Shown here one piece after another: positions 48,101 to 61,006 of a stretch of 64,000 nt of DNA (its first letter is position 1; each line of letters starts with the position of its first letter). The position numbers were made by a program, and so were the translations under genes. This stretch comes from an uncultured candidatus Porisulfidus sp. Its GTDB lineage: Bacteria > Pseudomonadota > Gammaproteobacteria > Poriferisulfidales > Poriferisulfidaceae. Under the pieces are notes generated by a model. That model saw only the letters and a list, made by a program, of their open reading frames with translations. It did not search any database and was not told the origin of the DNA. The stretch is from NCBI GenBank assembly GCA_965204575.1, contig OZ241993.1, forward strand, positions 1,024,001 to 1,088,000, read 5' to 3'.

Positions 48101-48619
48101 ATCAGCGCAGAGAAAGAGATTCGCCTCAACGAGGACATCAGCGTACCGCGCGTGCGGCTGATTGACGAGGGCGGCATCAACCGGGGCGTCATGGGCCTTC
48201 GCGAGGCCCGGCAACTGGCCACCGATGCCGACATGGATCTGGTTGAGATTTCCCCCAACACCGAGCCCCCCGTGTGCAAGGTCATGGATTACGGGAAATT
48301 CTGTTTCGAGCGAAAGAAGAAGGCCCAGCAGGCCCGCAAGAAGCAGAAGCAGATCCAGATCAAGGAAGTCAAGTTCCGGCCCGGCACCGAAGAGGGTGAC
48401 TACCAGGTCAAGCTTCGCAACCTGAAACGGTTCCTGGGCGACGGGGACAAGACCAAGGTGACGATTCGCTTCCGCGGCCGGGAACTGCACCACCGCGAAC
48501 TGGGGGAGCAGAAGCTGAGCCGGATCGAGGACGATCTCCAGGAATACGGCGAAATCGAGCAACACCCGAAAATGGAAGGCCGCCAAATGGTCATGGTGGT
48601 CGCCCCTCGCCGCCGCTAA
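48101..48619 (+). CDS. infC: translation initiation factor IF-3 (probable ATC start)
   Basis: [23 protein letters not shown]; GGAGG lies 7 nt before ATC at 48101. Confidence 0.95.
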   Translation: MSAEKEIRLNEDISVPRVRLIDEGGINRGVMGLREARQLATDADMDLVEISPNTEPPVCKVMDYGKFCFERKKKAQQARKKQKQIQIKEVKFRPGTEEGDYQVKLRNLKRFLGDGDKTKVTIRFRGRELHHRELGEQKLSRIEDDLQEYGEIEQHPKMEGRQMVMVVAPRRR

Positions 48620-48644
48620 TCTGCCACAGACTCACCGAACGATC

Positions 48645-48842
48645 ATGCCCAAACTCAAGACCAACCGGGGTGCGGCCAAGCGGTTCCGCAAGACGGCCAG
48701 CGGCAGGTTCAAGTGCCGCCAGTCGCATCGCAACCACATCCTGACCAAGAAGAGCACCAAGCGCAAGCGCGCCCTGCGCTCTCCGGATCACCTCGAATCC
48801 TCGGATGCCGCCTTGGCACGGCGGCTGTTGCCCTACATCTGA
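48645..48842 (+). CDS. rpmI: ribosomal protein L35
   Basis: [14 protein letters not shown]. Confidence 0.97.
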   Translation: MPKLKTNRGAAKRFRKTASGRFKCRQSHRNHILTKKSTKRKRALRSPDHLESSDAALARRLLPYI

Positions 48843-48848
48843 CCGGCC

Positions 48849-49214
48849 ATGCCCCGAGTCAAACGCGGCGTCACCACCCATGCTCGCCACCGCAAGGTGC
48901 GGCGGCAGGCGCGTGGCTACTATGGCGCGCGCAGCCGGACGTTCCGTTCCGCCAACCAGGCGGTGATCCGCGCAGGACAGTATGCGTACCGCGACCGCCG
49001 TACGCGCAAGCAGGACTTCCGCCGGCTGTGGATCGTGCGCATCAACGCGGCGGCCCGGATGTGCGGCCTGTCGTACAGCCGCCTGATGCACGGCCTGGCC
49101 CAGGCGGAGATCGAGATCGACCGCAAGATGCTGGCGGACCTCGCGATGAACGAGTTCGACACGTTTGCGCAACTGGCGGATCAGGCCAAGGCCCGGTTGT
49201 CCGCGAGTTCTTGA
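48849..49214 (+). CDS. rplT: ribosomal protein L20
   Basis: [25 protein letters not shown]. Confidence 0.97.
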   Translation: MPRVKRGVTTHARHRKVRRQARGYYGARSRTFRSANQAVIRAGQYAYRDRRTRKQDFRRLWIVRINAAARMCGLSYSRLMHGLAQAEIEIDRKMLADLAMNEFDTFAQLADQAKARLSASS

Positions 49215-52254
<3,040 letters not shown>

Positions 52255-52270
<16 letters not shown>

Positions 52271-52548
52271 CCAAAACCGACCTGGCAGCCCGTCTGGTCG
52301 ATCAGATTGGCCTCAACCGGGCGGAGTCCCGCGAGTTGGTGGATGCCTTATTGAACGAGATCAGCGCAGCACTCTGCGCGGGCGAGGACGTCCGCTTGTG
52401 GGGCTTCGGCAATTTCATCCTGCGCGACAAGGCGGCGAGGCCCGGCCGCAACCCGCGCAACGGCGAAGAGACGGTCATCGTTCCTCGGCGGGTGGTGACT
52501 TTCCGCCCGGGGCAGAAATTGCGCAAGAAGATGGAAGGCCATGAATGA
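52255..52548 (+). CDS. ihfA: integration host factor alpha
   Basis: GFGNF, RPGRNPR, RRVVTFRPGQKL. Confidence 0.93.
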
Positions 52549-52888
52549 GAATGGAAGAGAGGGTCAGGCCGTCCTGCCAAACAAGCGGTATTTCACGATA
52601 GGAGAAGTCAGCAATTTATGCCAGGTTAAGGATCATGTATTGCGGTACTGGGAAAAGGAGATTCCGGCACTGAGTCCGAAACGCCGGCGCGGGCGGCGGT
52701 ACTATCAACGTGAAGACGTCTACCTGATTCGAGAGATTCAGGCCTTGATGCAGGAAGGATACACCCTGGAGGGGGCCCGGCAGAAACTCCAGGGGCGGTC
52801 TCCGGTTCCGCAGGACACGGCGCAGACCCAGGCCATACGGCAGGCCGTGGCGGAGCTTGAGAAAGTCGCCGAGATGCTCAAGGAGTAG
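52541..52888 (+). CDS. MerR-family regulator
   Basis: KRYFTIGEVS..HVLRYWE; conserved position between ihfA and tRNA-Pro. Confidence 0.9.
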   Translation: MNENGREGQAVLPNKRYFTIGEVSNLCQVKDHVLRYWEKEIPALSPKRRRGRRYYQREDVYLIREIQALMQEGYTLEGARQKLQGRSPVPQDTAQTQAIRQAVAELEKVAEMLKE

Positions 52889-52941
52889 GGGTGACGAAAA
52901 GGTTGGGCGGGAGAAGGGTCCCGCGGCGTTCGGATACGGGA

Positions 52942-53018
<77 letters not shown>

Positions 53019-53051
53019 GTCCCGCCGTGGAAATCCGGGTTCGGCCCGACC

Positions 53052-53840
53052 ATGATCTGGGACCTGGAGTTGATCCTGGTGGTGGCGACTGCCGCCACGG
53101 GCCTGATCTACTACGGCCATTTCTTCTGGTACCGCCTGCGCCGCCAGGCCCCGCCGGTCCGCCGGCCCTGGTTCGCCGAGTGGTCGCACGCGCTGTTCCC
53201 GGTGCTGCTGCTGGTGCTGGTGTTGCGAACGTTCGCGATTGAACCGTTCCGAATTCCCTCTGGCTCCATGATCCCGACGCTGCTGGTCGGCGACCTGGTC
53301 CTGGTCAACAAGTACAGCTATGGTCTCAGGCTTCCGGTGCTGCACACCCGTATCCTGGAGGTGGGCAAACCCGAGCGGGGCGATGTGGTGGTATTCCGTT
53401 ATCCGAAGAATCCGAACCAGGACTACATCAAGCGGGTGGTGGGGCTGCCGGGGGACGAAGTGGTCTATGTCGGGAAGCGCCTGATGGTGAACGGGGAGGT
53501 CTATCCCCTGACGGACCCGCGCCCGTTCCTGGACGCGGTCACCGGCCTCCCGTACCCGTATCGCACGCAGTACACGGAAAGCATCGGCGGGCGTCGGCAC
53601 GAGGTCCTGCACGACGCCCTGTCCGAGAGCGTCACCGACAACTTCACGGTGCTGCCGGGCCACTACCTGGTGATGGGCGACAACCGCGACAGCAGCCGCG
53701 ACAGCCGGGACTGGGGGTACGTGCCGGAGGGCCACCTGGTGGGCCGGGCTTTCCTGATCTGGATGAATTACAGGCTCTTGCTGCCGTCGCTGACCAACCC
53801 GGAGGTTTCGCTGCTTTCCCGCCTCGGCAAGATCGAGTGA
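53052..53840 (+). CDS. lepB: signal peptidase I
   Basis: IPSGSMIPTL, DYIKRVVGLPGD, GDNRDSSRDSR. Confidence 0.96.
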   Translation: MIWDLELILVVATAATGLIYYGHFFWYRLRRQAPPVRRPWFAEWSHALFPVLLLVLVLRTFAIEPFRIPSGSMIPTLLVGDLVLVNKYSYGLRLPVLHTRILEVGKPERGDVVVFRYPKNPNQDYIKRVVGLPGDEVVYVGKRLMVNGEVYPLTDPRPFLDAVTGLPYPYRTQYTESIGGRRHEVLHDALSESVTDNFTVLPGHYLVMGDNRDSSRDSRDWGYVPEGHLVGRAFLIWMNYRLLLPSLTNPEVSLLSRLGKIE

Positions 53841-53848
53841 ATCGCTGA

Positions 53849-54526
53849 ATGGCGCAGATCGAGAACTGGTTGCCGAAGGCGGTTCTGGACAGCCCCGAAT
53901 ACCGGACCGCCCGCACACACCGCAGCGCCGGTTCGCCGCACAACGAGCGGCAGGAATTCCTGGGCGACGCGCTGCTCGGCCTGGTGATTTCGGATCTCCT
54001 GTGCGAGCGCTTCCCGGACCTGCCGGAAGGAGACCTGAGCCGCCTGCGCGCGCACCTGGTCTGTGGCACCATGCTGGCGAAACTGGCGGAATCGGCCGAA
54101 ATGGACCAGCTGCTGATCGCGGAGGCGTTGAGCGCGGCCCGGCCGCGCGCCCGCCGCGCCATGGCGGGAAATGCGCTGGAAGCGGTGATCGCGGCGGTCT
54201 ACCAGGTGTGCGGGTTCGAGGAAGTGCGCACCTTCATCCTCCGCCTGTACGATCAGGCCCTGAAGGAGCTGCCGCCCCTGGAGTCCCTGCGCAGCGCCAA
54301 GACCGAGCTGCAGGAATTGCTGCAGGCGAGGGGCCGGGAGCGTGCCCGCTATACGTTGCTCGAAGAACGGCCGAAGCATTCGCCGCGCTTCGAGGTGCAA
54401 TGCGAAGTGAAGGATCCGAAGGTGCGGACCCGGGGCACGGGCAACCGCATCCGCGAGGCGGAGCAGAATGCGGCGGCGGCCGCGGTCGCCGACATCCGGC
54501 GCAAGCGGCCCGGATGGACATCGTGA
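53849..54526 (+). CDS. rnc: ribonuclease III (divergent)
   Basis: THRS, NERQEFLGD, KTELQE dsRBD; lepB-rnc-era synteny. Confidence 0.92.
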   Translation: MAQIENWLPKAVLDSPEYRTARTHRSAGSPHNERQEFLGDALLGLVISDLLCERFPDLPEGDLSRLRAHLVCGTMLAKLAESAEMDQLLIAEALSAARPRARRAMAGNALEAVIAAVYQVCGFEEVRTFILRLYDQALKELPPLESLRSAKTELQELLQARGRERARYTLLEERPKHSPRFEVQCEVKDPKVRTRGTGNRIREAEQNAAAAAVADIRRKRPGWTS

Positions 54527-55404
54527 CCCGCTGCGGGTTCGTGGCACTTTGCGGCAAGCCGAACGTCGGCAAGTCGACGCTGTTCAACCGCCTGCTGGGG
54601 AAGCCGCTGTCTGCCGCCACCGGCAAGCCGCAGACCACCCGGCACAACATCAAGGGCATCCTGACCGAGCAGGGCAACCAGTTCGTTTTCGTGGACACGC
54701 CCGGCATCCACTCCGGGCGGGTCCGGGCGCTTTCGCAATTGCTCAACGCCAACGCCAGCGAAGCCATGGGTCAGGTGGACGTGGCGGTGATGGTGGTGGA
54801 GGTCGGGGTGTGGAACGCACGCGACGAAAAGGTGCTGGGCGAATTGCGCGACGCGAAGATCCCGGTCATGCTGTGCGCCAACAAGATCGACCGCATGCCC
54901 GACCAGGCATTGATCCTGCCGTATTTTGCCCAGTTGGCCGAGCACGAGTTCCTTGAATACATCCCGGTCAGCGCGCGAACCGGGGAAGGTTGCACGGTTC
55001 TCAAGGAGAACCTGGCGAAGCACGTCCCGGAGCGGGAGCACCTGTTCGAGGCGGACGCGCTGACGGACCGGCATGAACGTTTCTTCGCGGAGGAGTTGAT
55101 TCGGGAGCAGTTGCTGATCCAGCTGGACAAGGAGCTGCCCTACGTCATGCACGTCCAGGTGACCGGCTTCCAGAACCAGGAAGAGCGCGTGCACATCTCT
55201 GCGCAGATCCTGGTGGAACGGGAATCGCAGCGCAAGATCCTGCTTGGCAAAAACGGCACACGCATTGGTTCCATCGGGCGCGCGGCACGGCTGCGCATGG
55301 CCGGGCTCCTGGATCAGCCGGTGATCCTGAAGTTGCACGTCAAGGTGCAGCCGAACTGGCAGCGGGACCCAAACATCCTGGCCAGCTATCGCGGAGGCGT
55401 GTGA
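54514..55404 (+). CDS. era: GTPase Era
   Basis: GKPNVGKST, QTTR, DTPG, NKID, KH domain. Confidence 0.96.
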   Translation: MDIVTRCGFVALCGKPNVGKSTLFNRLLGKPLSAATGKPQTTRHNIKGILTEQGNQFVFVDTPGIHSGRVRALSQLLNANASEAMGQVDVAVMVVEVGVWNARDEKVLGELRDAKIPVMLCANKIDRMPDQALILPYFAQLAEHEFLEYIPVSARTGEGCTVLKENLAKHVPEREHLFEADALTDRHERFFAEELIREQLLIQLDKELPYVMHVQVTGFQNQEERVHISAQILVERESQRKILLGKNGTRIGSIGRAARLRMAGLLDQPVILKLHVKVQPNWQRDPNILASYRGGV

Positions 55405-56099
55405 TGCGGCAGGACGAACTGGTCGCGGCGTATGTGATTCAGGCACGCCCTTGGCGCGAGACCAGCCTGCTGTACAAGGTGGTCGCACAGGACCATGGTC
55501 GGGTCAGCCTGATCCATCGCGGGGCACGCAACAACCGTCGCGACCGGCCGCTGCCGACATTGACCCCGGTACGGGTATCCTGGGGCGGGCGTGGCAGCTT
55601 GTACACCCTGCGCCACGCCGAGGTCGCCGGCCCGATGACAGTGAAAGACCCGAAGCGGCAAGTCTACGCCCTGTACGTCAACGAGATTGTCAGCTACCTG
55701 CTGCCGGACGATCGCTATTCGGACGAGATCTATCCGCTGTACCACGAGGCACTGGCTCATCTGGACACGGTCGCGGATCCTGAATTCGTGCTTCGCGGAA
55801 TCGAGATGGACTTGCTGCACTTGGCCGGCCATCCGCTGCAACTGGATCGCACCGAGCAGGGGAAGGTCGAGCCGGGCCGGCAATATCGTTATCACCCGGG
55901 GGCCGGTCCCACGGAACTTCCGGGGGAAAGCGGGGCGGACGGGATCAGCGGCCAGACCCTGCTGACTCTTCAGGCGCGGCAGGAAATGGACGAGCAAACG
56001 CGGCGCGAGGCGCGCCGCCTGATGCGGCAGGTATTGGACTACTACATTGCCCCGCAGACGATTCGGTCGCGAGGCATCATGCAAGCACTGACGGGCTGA
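55401..56099 (+). CDS. recO: DNA repair protein RecO
   Basis: AYVIQARPWRETS, LYVNE; synteny after era. Confidence 0.9.
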   Translation: MMRQDELVAAYVIQARPWRETSLLYKVVAQDHGRVSLIHRGARNNRRDRPLPTLTPVRVSWGGRGSLYTLRHAEVAGPMTVKDPKRQVYALYVNEIVSYLLPDDRYSDEIYPLYHEALAHLDTVADPEFVLRGIEMDLLHLAGHPLQLDRTEQGKVEPGRQYRYHPGAGPTELPGESGADGISGQTLLTLQARQEMDEQTRREARRLMRQVLDYYIAPQTIRSRGIMQALTG

Positions 56100-56147
56100 T
56101 TCCCGCGACCTTAGGACAAACAGCACTGAAATTGAGTTTTCTAATAA

Positions 56148-56261
56148 ATGGTAACGAGCGCAATAGGAATTGCGCTTCTAATGAGTTCGCCAATTGTGTT
56201 TTTTTGGGGACTGGCAGAACTTGTCAGTGTGCTCGAATCAATGAAGCAATCCCTTTCTTAG
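56148..56261 (+). CDS. 37-aa hydrophobic peptide (uncertain)
   Basis: MVTSAIGIALLMSSPIVFFWGLAELVSVLESMKQSLS*; weak RBS. Confidence 0.3.
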   Translation: MVTSAIGIALLMSSPIVFFWGLAELVSVLESMKQSLS

Positions 56262-56390
56262 AAGGTCATGGAATTCGCTGATATTTTTTCTCACATTAGG
56301 ATATTTTGTTATCTTCCACAGGAAAACACCAATAGAGAGTACCGCGACCCCAGCCACTACAACACTCATAGCGATGATGAAGTCAGGCAT
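56238..56390 (-). CDS. 50-aa single-TM peptide
   Basis: AAAGGGAG RBS and TGtTATACT upstream; MPDFIIAMSVVVAGVAVLSIGVFLWKITKYPNVRKNISEFHDLLRKGLLH*. Confidence 0.55.
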   Translation of the reverse strand: MPDFIIAMSVVVAGVAVLSIGVFLWKITKYPNVRKNISEFHDLLRKGLLH

Positions 56391-56497
56391 CTTGTGCTCC
56401 CTTTAATACCAAGATTCAGTATAACAAACCAACCCTCCAAGATTGATTGCATAGGTTCATAAACATTTGAGAACAGCCGGCGGGTCGCGGTGAGAGT

Positions 56498-56596
56498 CGC
56501 GCCGCCTGATGCGGCAGGTGTTGGACTACTACATTGCTCCGCAGACGATTCGGTCGCGGGGCATCATGCAGGCGCTGACGGGTTGATTCCTGCGAT
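56498..56596 (+). repeat. stranded copy of the recO 3' end (repeat of 56011-56109)
   Basis: About 99 bp; both copies encode RRLMRQVLDYYIAPQTIRSRGIMQALTG* with synonymous differences only. Confidence 0.95.
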
Positions 56597-56637
56597 CCTC
56601 GATATGGCACCTGAGCCTCAGCGGCTCAAAGGAGGGG

Positions 56638-57510
56638 TCAAGGCAAGCAGTCTTCGGGTTCAGGCGGTTGCCCGCCGTCCCTACGCAAGATGCGCAACGC
56701 CGCCTCGATATCAGCCTCGGATGCACATGTAGCGAAGAACGAAGCCATTTTCATCGCGGATACCTTTTCGGCGACTGCCATGACGACGAACTGGTTGATG
56801 CTCGTGCCTTCCTCTTTGCTGATCTCCGTGACCGCCGACTTTAGGGAAGCCGGTAGTCTCAGGGGATAGGTGCTGGCTGGCTTCTTCATGGCACGGTCGG
56901 GCTGTCGGTCGCGAGGTTCGAGTGGTTGGGGAATGCGTTGATTGTCGCGGCAGTACTGCCACAGGTAGGCATCGACTTGTTGCCGAGTGAGTCCATGCTC
57001 CCGGCTCAGAAACGTGACCATCTCTTCCACAGTTGCGGAACACGCGGCGGCGCATTGCTTCATCCAGGTGTCAGGCTTCTCCGTGTCTTCAAGGCCGATG
57101 GCCGTTGCCAAGTGTCGGTTCGTGGCAGGTCCCATATAGGGAAGTTCCGTAAGCACAACCCTGCCGTGCTTGCGCATCCGTTGCTTGAAAGCCTCCCATC
57201 CTTCCGCATGAATCAACTTGCATCCCTTGAGGAAAGCATCCGCCTTCCGCTGATGGCGGATCGGCAGCGTCTGGGCATCTATTGACTCCATGGCCACGAT
57301 CCTGCCCAGGTCGAGGTTGTGGAATTTCTTGACGATGGTGTCGAAGTGCTTCTCGACGACTGAGTTCCGAAAACCCGAGACATAGATGACCCAGAGGTAC
57401 ACCTCAAGAAATCCCTTCAGGTCGAGATCGTCGAAAACCCTCGGCTCCCACGGGCTGCCAACATGTGCCTGTGCGGTTTCCAGCATCCGTGTTGCCTTGT
57501 TCTTATCCAT
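56638..57510 (-). CDS. HhH-glycosylase-like domain in frame with a HicB-like RHH antitoxin (internal ATG at 56889)
   Basis: LPYMGPATNRHLA..KPD HhH-like motif; C-terminal YPLRLPASLK..EGTSINQFVVMAVAEKVSA. Confidence 0.6.
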   Translation of the reverse strand: MDKNKATRMLETAQAHVGSPWEPRVFDDLDLKGFLEVYLWVIYVSGFRNSVVEKHFDTIVKKFHNLDLGRIVAMESIDAQTLPIRHQRKADAFLKGCKLIHAEGWEAFKQRMRKHGRVVLTELPYMGPATNRHLATAIGLEDTEKPDTWMKQCAAACSATVEEMVTFLSREHGLTRQQVDAYLWQYCRDNQRIPQPLEPRDRQPDRAMKKPASTYPLRLPASLKSAVTEISKEEGTSINQFVVMAVAEKVSAMKMASFFATCASEADIEAALRILRRDGGQPPEPEDCLP

Positions 57511-57610
57511 TTGTCATTGCCGTTTGCGGGCGGTCCCAACGTGAATTATAAAGAAAGGTTGATGATTTTATTGGCAATCTATAAGATGGTTTAAAATAAA
57601 AGAGATTCGC

Positions 57611-58530
57611 ATGGCACACAGGCAACCCGGGAAATCGTATCGTCAGGGCATCGCTCTGGCCCACCTGTTCGACACGTTCCCGAACGAGAAAGCGGCGCAG
57701 GAATGGTTCGAAAGCGTGGTATGGGCGAAGGGACGCTACTGCCCACGCTGTGGCTCTACGAGCACCCACGAGGCCAAGCATGCGAAATGCCCATACCGTT
57801 GCCGCGATTGCGGAAAGTACTTCAGCGTGAAGACGGGAACCGCCATGGCATCGTCCAAAGTTTCTCTTCGCAAGTGGGCCATCGCCATATACATTGACGC
57901 GACCAGCCCGAAAGGCGTGTCTTCGCTCCAGTTGCACCGAGATATCGGTGTGTCGCAGCCCACGGCCTGGTTCATGTTGCACCGCATCCGCGAAGGATTC
58001 ACGGACAAGCGCGCATCTATGGATGGCTTGGCCGAAATTGATGAGATGCACATCGGCGGCAAGCGTAAGAATATGCCCAAGAGTAAGCGAAAGGAACGGT
58101 CAGGGCGGAGTGCAACCGGCAGGACTGCGGTCGTTGGCGTGAAGGATCGCCAGACGAGGAAAGCTCGTGCAAAAGTGGTGGCGGACCCGGGTTTGGACAC
58201 TCTCCATGAGTTTCATTCGTGATCACGTCGCTGATGACGCAAAGGTCTGTACGGACGATGCCGTTCGACTCTGAACCCGTGAAACATGGCATGGGAGAGT
58301 ACGTGCGGGGCATGGCCTACACGAACGGGGTCGAGTCGCTCGGGCTCATGCTTGAGCGGGGCGATATCGGTATTGATCATCAAATGATTGCAAAGCATCT
58401 TCACTGGTACGTCAGCGGATTCGCCGGTCGTCACGGGGTGCGCGAGCGGAACACGCTGGAGCAACTGCGGGATGTTGCCGCTAGAATGGCCGGCAAGAGG
58501 TTGCCGTATTGCGAACGGGTTCGTTTCTGA
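57611..58530 (+). pseudogene. IS1595-family transposase, frameshifted
   Basis: CPRCGS/CRDC Zn ribbon, TAWFMLHRIRE, EIDEMHIGG, TNGVES; frame breaks at about 58213 and 58263. Confidence 0.88.
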
Positions 58531-58553
58531 CAGGGGAGTGATTGGAGAGCGTC

Positions 58554-59483
58554 ATGGGAAACCCGATTTATGGAGGTGCAACGCCTGAGCAGGTGGCACT
58601 TGAGATGCTTCGGCCATCCAAGTTCATTGAACCGCTTTATGATCTCGTGTTTGGGGACGCCTTTGATTGGCTGGAATCGGCGGAGCATGAATCGATTCAC
58701 GCGGTCGTGACCGACCCGCCTTACGGGTTGATCGAATACAAACCTGAACAACTCCAGAAGCGCCGAGATGGCAATGGCGGGGTATGGCGTCTGCCGCCTT
58801 CGTTTGATGGAAGCAAACGTCAGCCAGTTCCGCGCTTTACGGTCTTGACTGACAGGGACAAAGATGAAATGAGGGCATTTTTTGCCCGTTTGGCTGAAAG
58901 TCTCTACCCGGTCCTCGTTCCAGGGGCCCATGTCTTCATTGCTACCAACCCCCTTCTAGCCCATTTGGTCTTCGAACCGTTCCTTGCTGCAGGATATGAG
59001 AAACGAGGAACGCTGATTCGTGAAGTGCATACGCTGCGCGGCGGTGACCGTCCCAAAAATGCCCATAAGGAATTCCCTGATGTCACGGTCATGCCAAGAT
59101 CATGCTTTGAGCCATGGGAAATTTTCCGGCGTCCGCTTCAAGGACGCGTTCAAGACAATCTGCGAAAGTGGGGAACCGGCGGTCTTCGGCGTCTCTCTGC
59201 GGAGCAACCGTTCAAGGATTTAGTCAAATCGTGTCCAGCGAAGAGGAAGGAGCGGGAAATTGCCCCCCATCCTTCATTGAAACCGCAAGCGTTTCTTCGG
59301 CCGTTGGTGAGGTCCAGCCTTCCTCTTGGTAAAGGTACCATACTCGATCCATTTGCAGGGTCAGGGTCCACCCTTGCAGCGGCGATGGCTTGCGGCATAG
59401 AGAGTGTGGGCATTGAACGTGACCCGGAATACCATCAAATGGCATTGGACGCCATTCCGGCGTTGGCGCGTTTGGAAGTCTGA
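58554..59483 (+). CDS. beta-class N4/N6 DNA methyltransferase
   Basis: VTDPPY motif IV before HPSLKP and LDPFAGSGST motif I. Confidence 0.92.
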   Translation: MGNPIYGGATPEQVALEMLRPSKFIEPLYDLVFGDAFDWLESAEHESIHAVVTDPPYGLIEYKPEQLQKRRDGNGGVWRLPPSFDGSKRQPVPRFTVLTDRDKDEMRAFFARLAESLYPVLVPGAHVFIATNPLLAHLVFEPFLAAGYEKRGTLIREVHTLRGGDRPKNAHKEFPDVTVMPRSCFEPWEIFRRPLQGRVQDNLRKWGTGGLRRLSAEQPFKDLVKSCPAKRKEREIAPHPSLKPQAFLRPLVRSSLPLGKGTILDPFAGSGSTLAAAMACGIESVGIERDPEYHQMALDAIPALARLEV

Positions 59484-59485
59484 CC

Positions 59486-60085
59486 ATGTTCGACAATGAT
59501 GTTCAATTGCCTCCCGGATTGGAGATTTCCGCGATCCAACGCTCTATCGAGTTTGTCGAAAAACAATTAAGTGAACGTGACTTCGTGGACCTCTATCTTG
59601 AACAGGCCAATATATTCAGCGCGTTAGTGGGCATGTTCGCAACCAAGGCGCTGGATCAAGTCAGCAACTATGAAAAGCATCGGCATAGCCATACGGCTCA
59701 ACAACGTTTTCCTGATTTGTGCCGCCGGGGAGCATCCTTCCCACTTAAACCCGAGGATTCACTGGAGAGCAAGGCCAGCAAACGGCCTTGGGCGATACAA
59801 TCCCACTACGATCACGCCGGATGGTACATCATCTGGAGATATCTGGTCGACCTGACCAAGACCATCAAGGATGATGCGGCTTTGGTGATTTGGCGCGTTG
59901 ATGTCGTCTATTTGACCAAAACCGATTGGAAGTACGAGGGTTCGTCGGCAGATATGAGTGGCGGAGGAAGAACGCATACTTTTGGTGTGCGAAAACCTGC
60001 CACGCGATTGCGGGGCTGTGCCGTCTACAAGCGCCCCGACATCGTCATTCGTGATGGCAAGCCTGTGCCCGTCAACCTTCCTTGA
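59486..60085 (+). CDS. putative PD-(D/E)XK restriction endonuclease
   Basis: FPDL...LESKAS motif; starts 2 nt after the MTase. Confidence 0.55.
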   Translation: MFDNDVQLPPGLEISAIQRSIEFVEKQLSERDFVDLYLEQANIFSALVGMFATKALDQVSNYEKHRHSHTAQQRFPDLCRRGASFPLKPEDSLESKASKRPWAIQSHYDHAGWYIIWRYLVDLTKTIKDDAALVIWRVDVVYLTKTDWKYEGSSADMSGGGRTHTFGVRKPATRLRGCAVYKRPDIVIRDGKPVPVNLP

Positions 60086-60283
60086 TTCCCTATTCTTTAA
60101 GAACAGTCGTAAGCAGGCGCCAACTCCAGGCAGAGGAAAAGCAGCGAAAGCGAAGCTCTTGCTTCCGTATATCCCCTAGGAACCAAGTTCAAATATGCCT
60201 TGCAACTCTTGCGGAGTGTATGCAGGTATTCCCGGAAAGCCTTTAGTGGTAGAGTGTCCATAGCAAAAACTACTTTGTGTACC

Positions 60284-61006
60284 GTGAAGAATGTACGACT
60301 AGGCGTGAATATTGACCACATAGCGACCCTGCGCCAGCAGCGCCACACGGACTACCCGGACCTGGGCGAGGCGATCCGCCGAGTGGAAGCGGCCGGGGCG
60401 GACGGCATCACCCTGCACCTGCGCGAGGACCGGCGGCACATCCAGCTGGAGGACGTGGAACAGGCGCGCCGGGAAGTGAGTGGAACCCTGAACCTGGAGA
60501 TGGCCGCAACCGAGGAGATGCTGGACATTGCGGAACGCATCCGTCCGGATTACTGCTGCCTGGTGCCTGAGCGGCGCGAGGAACTCACCACTGAAGGCGG
60601 TCTGGACGTCGTGGCGGGCGAAGATCGGATCCGGGAGGCGTGCACCCGGCTGAAAGCGGCGGGCATTCAGGTTTCGCTGTTTGTCGAGCCGACGCACGAA
60701 GCGATGGATGCCGCGGTCGAACTGGGTGCGTCGATCGTGGAGTTGCACACCGGTCCCTACGCCAACGCGACGGAGCCGGAAGCCCACGAGGCGGAGCTGG
60801 AACGGCTGGTTTCCACCACGCAGTATGCGCGGGAACGGCTGACGGTCAACGCCGGACACGGCTTGCATCGCGACAACGTGGGCCCGGTGGCTTCGATCCC
60901 GGGAATGAACGAACTTAATATCGGTCACGCCATCGTCTGCCGGGCGGTGATGGTGGGATTGGAAGGAGCCGTGCGCGAAGTGCGCGAAGCCATGGAGGCG
61001 TCATGA
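60284..61006 (+). CDS. pdxJ: pyridoxine 5'-phosphate synthase
   Basis: [33 protein letters not shown]. Confidence 0.96.
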   Translation: MKNVRLGVNIDHIATLRQQRHTDYPDLGEAIRRVEAAGADGITLHLREDRRHIQLEDVEQARREVSGTLNLEMAATEEMLDIAERIRPDYCCLVPERREELTTEGGLDVVAGEDRIREACTRLKAAGIQVSLFVEPTHEAMDAAVELGASIVELHTGPYANATEPEAHEAELERLVSTTQYARERLTVNAGHGLHRDNVGPVASIPGMNELNIGHAIVCRAVMVGLEGAVREVREAMEAS

